Origin: Gemmatimonadota bacterium | GTDB lineage: Bacteria > Gemmatimonadota > Gemmatimonadetes > Gemmatimonadales > GWC2-71-9 | DNA: 64,000 nt | Direction of reading: 5' to 3' | Assembly: GCA_003221005.1 (NCBI GenBank) | Contig: QHTZ01000074.1 | Span: 1-64,000 of the forward strand | Shown here: positions 56,901 to 64,000 of the stretch, one piece after another | Numbering within the stretch: the first letter of the stretch is position 1 | Layout of the letters: each line of letters starts with the position of its first letter | Position numbers and translations under genes: made by a program | Notes under the pieces: generated by a model | Told to the model about the DNA's origin: nothing | Database searches by the model: none | Seen by the model: the letters and a program-made list of their open reading frames with translations, nothing else

Positions 56901-57439
56901 CAACGGTGCGTGGCTTCGCACACCTCCTGGGGTTTCACACGGGAGCGGGCCCGGCGGCGGCGCCCGCACCCGCCCCAGCCGCCCCCGTCCCGCCCGTCGG
57001 GTCGATGCCACTTCCGACGCCCCCTCTGTTCAGCGGCCCGACCAGCAGTCTCGGCGCCGGCGCGGGAGGTGCGGGTGCCGGGCAGGGCTTCGCGCTCTCC
57101 GTTACCTACACCAGCACCCGCGTCCGGCCCGGGAAGGACAGCACCGGCGCGCCGATTCCGGTGCCCGCGGTGGCCGGGCAACAGGTGCTCAGTCTCAACC
57201 TGAGCTTCAAGCCGACTGCGAAGTGGCAGGCAAACTGGACGACCACGTACGACAGGGCGACGCATACGTTCGGAGAGCACTTCCTGCGATTGGAGCGGGA
57301 CCTGCACCGCTGGCACGCGAGCTTCGCGTTCGTGAAGAGTCCCAACGGCAACTTCGCCTTCACGTTCTTCGTGTCGTTGCTCGATCAGCCCGACATCAAG
57401 TTCAACTACGAGCAGCAGACACTGCAGAACGTTCCGTAA
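53915..57439 (+). CDS. tatC: TatC (aa 1 to about 240) fused through an internal signal-peptide-like segment to an LptD-like outer-membrane protein
   Basis: TatC motifs MPFLDHLEELR, SPTEPF, YQIWAFLAPAL, SPPD, LYEVS; LptD motifs PDYHF, VPILWLPF, RRSGVLVP, RDLHRW; no stop or frameshift between them. Confidence 0.85.
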   Translation: MPDEPTRGEMPFLDHLEELRWRILYSLLAVLVGTLVGWVIVERIDVIGLLIRPIAPLIPGGRLKFTSPTEPFFITLKFAFAVGVLLASPVVIYQIWAFLAPALYEREKRVIVPALSIGVLLFLAGAAAAYLWVLPRALIVLLSFQREILEPIITADKYFGFAAQIIIAFGLVTELPLVIVILAALGLVTPQFLVRHRRYAIVLSALAAALLSPPDAVSMVLMMVPLWLLYEVSIFCAWVVTKRRARREQAAHRAALVLLLLSGVAAGRVGAQGVPPRADTSAGRPGTPVRGQTIDTAAARKLGLPTGPTRSFPASDQVMDSLLRLKGYRVTQYLADTLIVAGDSQTIFLRGEAFVDRQGTKLEADSVRYREASCRLDATGDPRLFDQGTVMVGEGMRYDTCVRRGTVRQAFTDFRQGAATWYVRGDLAVDSGSTRVYGASSEITSDDHPVPDYHFATGQVKWLNKSVMIARPAVLYVRDVPILWLPFIFQDIRPGRRSGVLVPRFGLNDLIRQTRSYQRHFSNLGYYWVVNDYLDLLASADWYAGRNVTLRGQSRYRWLDRFVTGSFTFARVDQLDSPASSMQLSWQHQQSFDSRTSFNASINYATSGTVLQQNSVDPYLATAQLSSQLNFSKRFDWGALNVGGSRSQDLSSGAVTQSFPGVTLTPSPVNITPDITWSPGFSFTNQQSFHSGPPTLLPFPGTGAALDTVALFSASRQSAISLQTPLRVGRWNWANSITINDATSDQRREFAIPDSTVPGGRRRRLYASTFATQIDWQTGINLPQVLSGTWKVQPGLSIVNTTSAGPFMLRNQFTNGQFVEQGKRLQFSAGMRPTLFGFFPGFGPLARIRHSISPIIDWRYAQGKDVDSLFAYALDPTRTTLNARSDAQQTISIGLSQNFEGKLRPPPHDTGQQQARKLRLLSINTDPISYNFEQAKQPGQTGWQTQTVGNTFASDLLPNFSLRLVHDLWDGPVGRDSSKFAPFLTSVNASFSISPATVRGFAHLLGFHTGAGPAAAPAPAPAAPVPPVGSMPLPTPPLFSGPTSSLGAGAGGAGAGQGFALSVTYTSTRVRPGKDSTGAPIPVPAVAGQQVLSLNLSFKPTAKWQANWTTTYDRATHTFGEHFLRLERDLHRWHASFAFVKSPNGNFAFTFFVSLLDQPDIKFNYEQQTLQNVP

Positions 57440-57572
57440 GCCGGCGGTTCGCCTGTCCCCTGGTGAGGACAGCCGAAATCCAGGTTTCGCGGGTAACACG
57501 AAGCGGGCACGTCACTTCGTATCGGGCATGCCGCCTGCGGAGACGAACGCCAACCTTCGTCAAAAGGAACCT

Positions 57573-58448
57573 ATGCGCACGCCGTTTGCGACCCTCCTAG
57601 CTGCCGCGGGGCTCGTCGCCCTCGGGTGCAACAACACGAACTCAGTCGGGGCGCCTCTCCCTGCGCCCCAGGACGTGGCATCGGTCTCCTTGAACCAGGC
57701 GATTGACCTGTATTGGGCGGACAACTCGTACGCCAGCGCGCCCTCCCGGTTCTTGTGGTATCGCATCTTCAGCACCAGCTACGATAACGTTCGCTGTGGC
57801 GCCACGTGGCAACTCGAAGGGACGACGATCGCCCCCGAATTCCTCGTGGGGGCACTCACGAACGGCGTGCCGCGCTGCTACACGGTCACGGCTGTCGCCA
57901 TCGACGGGGCTGAGAGCGACCAGTCCCTCCCGTGGCAGGACACGCCTCGCCCCGATGCGCGCAACGTGGTGCTCTACGCGTCCGCCACCAAGGCCGATTC
58001 CTCGGGGTTCCTGTTCTGGGACGACGCCAACAACGACGGCGTCGGCGATCCCAACGAACTGGGGCTCGTCGAGAATCCCAGCGGGGGCATCGTCGACTTC
58101 AAGATCGACCGCAACAACGCCGATTCGACTCTCTGGCTCGTGCCGGTCTACTCCGGGACCACGATGTTGGAGTACGGCACGGTTGACGATCTCACGTCCA
58201 TCGACTACGCGCCCGCCACCGGGTATAGCCGCGACTCGCTGCAAGCGTTCCCGGGGGACGGCTACGTCTTCAAGATCGTGGACCCCTCTGGTCTCCACTA
58301 CGGCGCGGTGCGCGTGACGCATGTCGGTCGGCGGTATCTCATCCTCGACTGGAGCGTGCAGACCGATCCCGGCAACCCCGAGCTCGTGGTGCGGGGCGGC
58401 TTGCTCACCGCGAAGCCGACGGGCTCGATGGTCGCCACGCCGCGCTAA
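57573..58448 (+). CDS. Hypothetical lipoprotein (FN3-like N-terminal domain, DANNDG calcium-binding-like loop)
   Basis: AAGGAA RBS; lipobox ALGC; PAPQ...W...Y...YTVTAV...ES pattern. Confidence 0.65.
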   Translation: MRTPFATLLAAAGLVALGCNNTNSVGAPLPAPQDVASVSLNQAIDLYWADNSYASAPSRFLWYRIFSTSYDNVRCGATWQLEGTTIAPEFLVGALTNGVPRCYTVTAVAIDGAESDQSLPWQDTPRPDARNVVLYASATKADSSGFLFWDDANNDGVGDPNELGLVENPSGGIVDFKIDRNNADSTLWLVPVYSGTTMLEYGTVDDLTSIDYAPATGYSRDSLQAFPGDGYVFKIVDPSGLHYGAVRVTHVGRRYLILDWSVQTDPGNPELVVRGGLLTAKPTGSMVATPR

Positions 58449-58518
58449 AGGGTGATTTCACGAGGCGCCAGGCTGCCGGCGGTTGCGGCGGCCTGGCGCC
58501 TTCGTAGTTTCCCCCCGT

Positions 58519-60009
58519 ATGCCCGCTGAGGTCACCATCGACGGCCGCTCGTTGTCGATTGCGGACGTCGTAGCGGTGGCGCGCCACGAGGCGACGGTGG
58601 CGATCTCCTCTCCCGCGTTGCGCGAGGTCGGGCGGTGTCGCGAGGTGGTCGAAGCGGCCCTGGCGGGAGGCGCGACGATGTACGGCGTCACGACCGGGTT
58701 CGGCAAGCTCGCCCACGTCCGCATTCCCTCCGAGCGGATCCGCCAGCTCCAGCTCAACCTGATTCGCAGCCATGCCTCCGGCGTGGGCGAGCCGCTGGCC
58801 ACTGAGGCGGTGCGCGCAATGATGCTGCTGCGTGCCAACGTGCTCGTGCGGGGCACGAGCGGCGTGCGGCCCCGCCTGCCGGAGCTCCTCGTCGCGATGC
58901 TCAACGCCCGCGTGCATCCGCGCGTGCCTTCCCAGGGCAGCGTGGGAGCGTCGGGCGACCTGGCGCCGCTGGCGCATCTCGCGCTCGCGCTGGTCGGCGA
59001 GGGGGATGACGGCGCCGCGCTCCGGACCGCGGGCCTGCAACCGATCGAGTTGGAAGCGAAAGAGGGGTTGGCGTTCGTGAACGGCACCCAGGCGCAGGCC
59101 GGCCTCGCGGCGCTGCTGGTGCACGACGCCTGGGTGCTGTGGCGCACGGCACACGCGGCCGCGGCGATGAGCCTGGAGGCGGTGCGCGGCACGCCGGAGC
59201 CGTTCGATGCTCGCATCCACGCGGCACGGCCGCATCCGTTCCAGGAGCAGTCAGCCGCGCTGCTGCGCGAGCTGCTCGCCGACAGCGAGATCCGGGAGTC
59301 CCACCGCGAGCACGATCCCAGAGTGCAGGACGCCTACTCGCTGCGCTGCACCCCGCAGATCCTGGGCGCGGTCGGCGAGGGGCTCGCGTTCGCCGAGCGC
59401 CTGGTGGCGGTCGAGCTCAACGCGGCGACGGATAACCCGCTGGTGTTCGGCGAGGACATCGTGTCGGGCGGCAACTTCCACGGCCAGCCGCTGGCCCTGG
59501 CGCTCGACGTGCTCGGCATCGGGCTCGCCACGCTCGCGGGGCTGGCCGAGCGGCGGATCGAGCGGATCGTCAATCCCGATCTCTCCTCCGGGCTGCCGGC
59601 GTTTCTCGCGCGCGAGCCGGGCTTGGAATCGGGGTTCATGACGCCGCAGATCGCGGCCGCCGCGCTCGCGGCGGAATGCCGGGTGCTCGCCACGCCCGCG
59701 AGCGTGCAGTCGCTACCCACGGAAGGGAATCAGGAGGACGTGGTGCCGATGGGGATGAGCGCCGCCTGGAAGGCTGGGCGCATCTTCGCCAACGCGGTGC
59801 GCGTCGTGGCGATTGAGCTGCTGGCCGGCGCGCAGGGACTCGAGTTCCTGAAGCCGCTCAAGCCGGGGCGTGGCGTGGCGCGCGCACACGGCGTAGTGCG
59901 ACGGGATGTGCCGCCCCTCGCCGGCGATCGCCCGCTCACCGGAGACATCGAGCGGGTGGCGGCGGGGATCCGGGCGGGAGAGTTCGATCCAGAAGGGGGA
60001 GGGGCGTGA
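58519..60009 (+). CDS. hutH: Histidine ammonia-lyase
   Basis: [11 protein letters not shown]-forming [25 protein letters not shown]. Confidence 0.95.
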   Translation: MPAEVTIDGRSLSIADVVAVARHEATVAISSPALREVGRCREVVEAALAGGATMYGVTTGFGKLAHVRIPSERIRQLQLNLIRSHASGVGEPLATEAVRAMMLLRANVLVRGTSGVRPRLPELLVAMLNARVHPRVPSQGSVGASGDLAPLAHLALALVGEGDDGAALRTAGLQPIELEAKEGLAFVNGTQAQAGLAALLVHDAWVLWRTAHAAAAMSLEAVRGTPEPFDARIHAARPHPFQEQSAALLRELLADSEIRESHREHDPRVQDAYSLRCTPQILGAVGEGLAFAERLVAVELNAATDNPLVFGEDIVSGGNFHGQPLALALDVLGIGLATLAGLAERRIERIVNPDLSSGLPAFLAREPGLESGFMTPQIAAAALAAECRVLATPASVQSLPTEGNQEDVVPMGMSAAWKAGRIFANAVRVVAIELLAGAQGLEFLKPLKPGRGVARAHGVVRRDVPPLAGDRPLTGDIERVAAGIRAGEFDPEGGGA

Positions 60010-60055
60010 CGCAGCGATTTTCCCAGGCGAGCCCACCCTTCAGGGTGGGAATCCC

Positions 60056-61720
60056 GTGACCGGCGCTCGCACCGTGCGCGCGCCGCGGGGACCGGAGAAG
60101 TCGTGCCGCGGCTGGATTCAGGAAGCCGCCCTGCGCATGCTGATGAACAACCTCGATCCCGACGTAGCCGAGCGCCCGGAGGACCTCGTCGTGTACGGGG
60201 GGACAGGAAAAGCGGCGCGGGATTGGGCATCGTTCGACGCAATCTGCCGCACTCTGACAAGACTGGGCGACGAGGAGACGCTGCTCGTGCAGTCGGGCAA
60301 GCCGGTGGGCGTGTTCGCCACCCATCCCGACGCGCCGCGCGTGCTGATCGCCAACTCCAACCTGGTCGGTCGCTGGGCTACCTGGGAGGTGTTCCACGAG
60401 CTCGAGCGGCGCGGTCTGATCATGTTCGGGCAAATGACCGCGGGCTCGTGGATTTACATCGGGACTCAGGGCATCCTCCAGGGCACCTACGAGACGTTCG
60501 GCGCCGTGGCACGGCGACACTTCGGCGGCACGCTGCGCGGGCGGATCGTCCTCACGGGCGGGCTCGGCGGCATGGGCGGGGCGCAACCACTCGCCGCCAC
60601 CATGAATGAGGGGATCTGTCTCGCGATTGAGGTCGATCCCGCGCGGGTCGAGCGGCGGCTCTCCACCCGCTACCTGGACCGGTCCACCAGCTCGATCGAG
60701 GAGGCGCTGCGCTGGTGTGACGAGGCGAGACGCAATGGTGCCGCGCTTTCGGTCGGACTCGTGGGGAATTGCGCGACCGTGCTGCCGGAGCTCGCGCGCC
60801 GGGGGTTCGCGCCCGACGTCGTCACCGACCAGACCTCGGCGCACGACCCGCTGCACGGCTACATCCCGGCGGAGCTGACGGTGGCGCAGGCCGCCGAGCT
60901 CAGGCGGCGCGACCCGCAAGACTACCTGCGCCGCTCGATCGCCAGCATCGCCGCCCATGTGCAGGCGCTGCTCCAGCTCCAGCGCGGTGGTGCGGTGGCG
61001 TTCGACTACGGCAACAACATTCGCGCGACGGCCCGCGACGCCGGCGTGGCGAACGCGTTCGCGATTCCGGGCTTCGTACCGGAGTACATCCGACCACTCT
61101 TCTGCGAGGGCAAGGGGCCATTCCGGTGGGTGACGCTCTCGGGCGAGCCGAAGGACCTGCACCGCACCGATCGCCTCGTCCTCGAGCTGTTCCCCGAGAA
61201 CGAGCACGTCGGGCGCTGGATCCGGCTCGCGCAGCAGCGCGTCGCGTTTCAAGGCCTCCCCGCGCGCATCTGCTGGCTGGGGCAGGGCGAGCGCGCCCGG
61301 TTCGGGTGCGCCCTGAACGACCTCGTGAAGAGCGGGGACATCAGCGCACCTGTGGTCATCGGGCGCGACCACCTCGACGCCGGCTCGGTCGCGTCGCCGT
61401 TCCGCGAGACCGAGGGCATGGCGGACGGCTCGGATGCCATCGCCGACTGGCCGATCTTGAACGCGCTCCTGAACGCTGCCTCCGGGGCGGCATGGGTCTC
61501 GTTCCACCACGGCGGGGGTGTGGGGATCGGGAACTCGCTGCACGCCGGTCAGGTGAGCGTCGCCGACGGCTCTGCCGGCGCCGGACGGCGACTCGAGCGC
61601 GTGCTTACGAACGATCCGGGAATCGGCGTCGCGCGTCACGCGGACGCCGGGTATCCCGCGGCGCTCGCGGCGGCGCGGCGTCACGGCATCCAGCTCCCCA
61701 TGCATCAGAGCGACGACTGA
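60056..61720 (+). CDS. hutU: Urocanate hydratase
   Basis: [50 protein letters not shown]. Confidence 0.97.
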   Translation: MTGARTVRAPRGPEKSCRGWIQEAALRMLMNNLDPDVAERPEDLVVYGGTGKAARDWASFDAICRTLTRLGDEETLLVQSGKPVGVFATHPDAPRVLIANSNLVGRWATWEVFHELERRGLIMFGQMTAGSWIYIGTQGILQGTYETFGAVARRHFGGTLRGRIVLTGGLGGMGGAQPLAATMNEGICLAIEVDPARVERRLSTRYLDRSTSSIEEALRWCDEARRNGAALSVGLVGNCATVLPELARRGFAPDVVTDQTSAHDPLHGYIPAELTVAQAAELRRRDPQDYLRRSIASIAAHVQALLQLQRGGAVAFDYGNNIRATARDAGVANAFAIPGFVPEYIRPLFCEGKGPFRWVTLSGEPKDLHRTDRLVLELFPENEHVGRWIRLAQQRVAFQGLPARICWLGQGERARFGCALNDLVKSGDISAPVVIGRDHLDAGSVASPFRETEGMADGSDAIADWPILNALLNAASGAAWVSFHHGGGVGIGNSLHAGQVSVADGSAGAGRRLERVLTNDPGIGVARHADAGYPAALAAARRHGIQLPMHQSDD

Positions 61721-63015
61721 ACAGTCTGCTAGTGGGGGCGCGCCAGGTCGTCACGTGCCGGGGCCCGGCGCGGGCGCGCCGGGGCCGCGAGATGGGCGAC
61801 CTCGAGGTGCTCACCAACGCGGCTGTGCTGGTGGAGGGCGGCCGCATCGCTCGGGTTGGTCCGTACGCCGAGCTGCGACGGGCAATGGGCGGCGAGCGAG
61901 GGGGTGGAGGAGAAGTCGAGCTAGTGGAGGTTTCCGGCGTGCTGTTCCCGGGCTTCGTGGACTGCCATACGCACGCGGTATTCGGTGGCCCGCGGCTCGA
62001 CGACCACGAGCGCCGCGCGCTGGGTGCGGATTACCGGAGCATCGCGGCGGCAGGCGGCGGGATTCTCGAGTCCGTGCGCGACGTCCGAGGCCGGTCCGAG
62101 GCGGACCTGCTAGCGCTCGCCCGGACGCGGCTCGACGCGCTACTGCGTCACGGGAGCACGACGATCGAGGTGAAGTCCGGGTACGGCCTCGACGTCGAGA
62201 CCGAGCTCAAGCAGCTGCGCATCGTTCGCGCACTCGGGCAAGCGCAAAGAGCGACGCTCGTCCCCACCTTTCTCGGCGCTCACGAAATCCCGTCCGAATA
62301 CCGCGAACGCCGCGCCGAGTACGTGCGACGGGTGTGCGAGGAAGTTATTCCCGCCGTCGCGCGGGAGGGGCTGGCCGCCTGCTGCGATGTGTTCTGCGAG
62401 CCCGGCGTGTTCACGATACTTGAGGCTCGCGCCATCCTGACGGCCGCCCGGCAGCACGGCCTGGCGCTCAAGCTCCACGCCGACGAGCTCGAGGGATCGG
62501 GGGGCGCGGAGCTCGCCGTCGAACTCGGCGCGCTCTCCGCCGACCACCTGGCGGCCGTGTCGGAGACGGGGATCAAGGCGCTGGGAGCGAGCTCGACCGT
62601 GGCCGTGCTGTTGCCGGCGACGATGCTATTCCTCGGCCGCACGCGCCAGGCGCCGGCGCGACGGCTGCTCGACGCCGGGGCGGCGCTCGCGCTCGCCACC
62701 GACTTCAATCCCGGATCGTCGCCGACCGTCAGTCTCCCTCTCGTGATGGCGCTCGGTGTAGCGCAACTGGGTCTGCGTTACACGGAAGCGGTGCTCGCGG
62801 TCACAGTGAACGCTGCGGGGGCGCTGGGCCTCGCGGGAGAACGGGGGCAGATCGCTCCAGGCTTCGTCGCCGACCTCGTACTGTGCGACGTGTCAGACTG
62901 GCGTGAGGTGGCGTACTGGCTCGGCGCCAATCTCGTAACCGCCGTGTGGACAGCAGGTTCGGCTTGTTTAGGGTGCAGTGCCCCGGTATCTTTAGGCCTC
63001 CATGTCCAAGCTTGA
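61717..63015 (+). CDS. hutI: Imidazolonepropionase (start uncertain: CTG 61717 or GTG 61732)
   Basis: [39 protein letters not shown]. Confidence 0.93.
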   Translation: MNSLLVGARQVVTCRGPARARRGREMGDLEVLTNAAVLVEGGRIARVGPYAELRRAMGGERGGGGEVELVEVSGVLFPGFVDCHTHAVFGGPRLDDHERRALGADYRSIAAAGGGILESVRDVRGRSEADLLALARTRLDALLRHGSTTIEVKSGYGLDVETELKQLRIVRALGQAQRATLVPTFLGAHEIPSEYRERRAEYVRRVCEEVIPAVAREGLAACCDVFCEPGVFTILEARAILTAARQHGLALKLHADELEGSGGAELAVELGALSADHLAAVSETGIKALGASSTVAVLLPATMLFLGRTRQAPARRLLDAGAALALATDFNPGSSPTVSLPLVMALGVAQLGLRYTEAVLAVTVNAAGALGLAGERGQIAPGFVADLVLCDVSDWREVAYWLGANLVTAVWTAGSACLGCSAPVSLGLHVQA

Positions 63016-64000
63016 GAAGCTCAAAGACAAGGCGAAGGGCCTTGAGGCGAAGGATCCGAAGGGCGCAATCGAGGCCTGGCTCGAGGTTCTGCAGGCCCAG
63101 GAAGAGGAAGGCGAGCCCAACCCGGACCTGTCCGTCTTCAACAGGATCGGCGACCTCTACCTCAAGGTGAAGGACCCCGGCCAGGCCGCCGACTACTACG
63201 AACGCGCGGTCGATCGCTACGCGGAGCTTGGATTTCACAACAACGCGATCGCGATGTGCAATAAGGTTCTCCGTAACGCGCCGGCGCGGCAGACCACCTA
63301 CCTGAAGCTGGCCAAGCTCTACGCCTCGAAGGGCTTCCTCGCCGAGGCGAAGCAGAACTTTGTGGAATACGCCGAGCGGATGGAGCGGGTGGGGAAGATC
63401 CAGCACGCCTTCGCCGCGCTCAAGGAATTCACCGACCTGTCGCCGGAGAGTGCGGGACTGCGTGAGATGCTGGAGGAGCACCTCCAGATGTACGGCACGC
63501 CGGAGCGTCGCGGGTCGGAACGGGTGAGCATGCCCGCGGCGCCCAAGGGGCCGCCTGAGTCGAAGGATGACCTGAGCAAGTCGGAGAAGCGGAAGACCTC
63601 GAGCCTCGTGTTCCTGGACCTCGACGAGCCCTCACCCAAGTCCAAACGGCCGACGGGACCCTCCCGGCCGCCGGAGCGGGTGGCGAGCCTGCTGACCGAA
63701 GTGACGCCGGACCCGGACACTTCGCTCGAGATCGAGACCACGAGTCTCGCCGGTGAGTCTGCGCACCCCGCGGCGGATGGCATGATCGAGGGCTTCGAGC
63801 GGACCGTCGACTTCGGGGAAGTGCAAGCGTCGGCGCCGTCGGCGCCGTCCCTGCGCGACGAACTCTCCACTGGGGACATCGAGCACCTGGCGGGCCTCGA
63901 GCCGACGATGGAGACCGACATCGAGCCTGTTGACGTAGAGCCGGTCGAGGTCGAGCCCGAGCCGCTCGCCGAGCTCGACATCGAGGACGCCCCGCCCCCG
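63002..64000 (+). CDS. TPR-containing protein with an acidic low-complexity region; runs off the window end
   Basis: ATG 63002, frame open to the end: [12 protein letters not shown]...NRIGDLYLK...GFHNNAIAMCNKVLR; promoter-like TTGTTT-17-TATCTT (62964-62992) just upstream. Confidence 0.8.
   Translation, partial: MSKLEKLKDKAKGLEAKDPKGAIEAWLEVLQAQEEEGEPNPDLSVFNRIGDLYLKVKDPGQAADYYERAVDRYAELGFHNNAIAMCNKVLRNAPARQTTYLKLAKLYASKGFLAEAKQNFVEYAERMERVGKIQHAFAALKEFTDLSPESAGLREMLEEHLQMYGTPERRGSERVSMPAAPKGPPESKDDLSKSEKRKTSSLVFLDLDEPSPKSKRPTGPSRPPERVASLLTEVTPDPDTSLEIETTSLAGESAHPAADGMIEGFERTVDFGEVQASAPSAPSLRDELSTGDIEHLAGLEPTMETDIEPVDVEPVEVEPEPLAELDIEDAPPP

Noticed and set aside
56940-57090. Pro/Ala/Gly low-complexity stretch in LptD as a DNA repeat element
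   Set aside because: Codon-periodic protein linker with no inverted partner

Overview
GC-rich bacterial core-chromosome window; protein families and gene order suggest Gemmatimonadota (inference). Almost all genes are on the + strand. In order: a CMD/AhpD gene with an in-frame UGA in a CxxU motif and a SECIS-like hairpin (probable selenoprotein), aspA/fumC, an Rrf2-led sulfur-relay operon (rhodanese, cysteine synthase, JAB protease, Ubl-E1-rhodanese fusion), tRNA-Leu(CAG), smpB, an amidase, pyrD/pyrF, a 666-bp internally deleted IS1-like element carrying a small basic cargo gene, rpmJ-rpsM-rpsK-rpsD-rpoA-rplQ, rpmB, nucleotide-sugar genes (gmd with an active-site deletion, wbpDEBA-like, ugd, uxs) interleaved with carB/murB, bamD, nadD, secA, radC, relA/spoT, uvrB, tsaE/tsaB/rimI, ssb, a LysM protein, ccsA, hemA, tol-pal-cpoB, a single-ORF TatC-LptD fusion, hutH/U/I and a partial TPR gene. 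Most notable: the TatC-signal peptide-LptD polyprotein, the selenoprotein, the Ubl-E1 polyprotein whose Gly-Gly codons double as a Shine-Dalgarno site, and recurring short tandem inverted-repeat arrays (7, 8 and 10 nt units), some inside coding sequence including the TolB signal peptide. All calls come from reading motifs by eye; no database searches were run.
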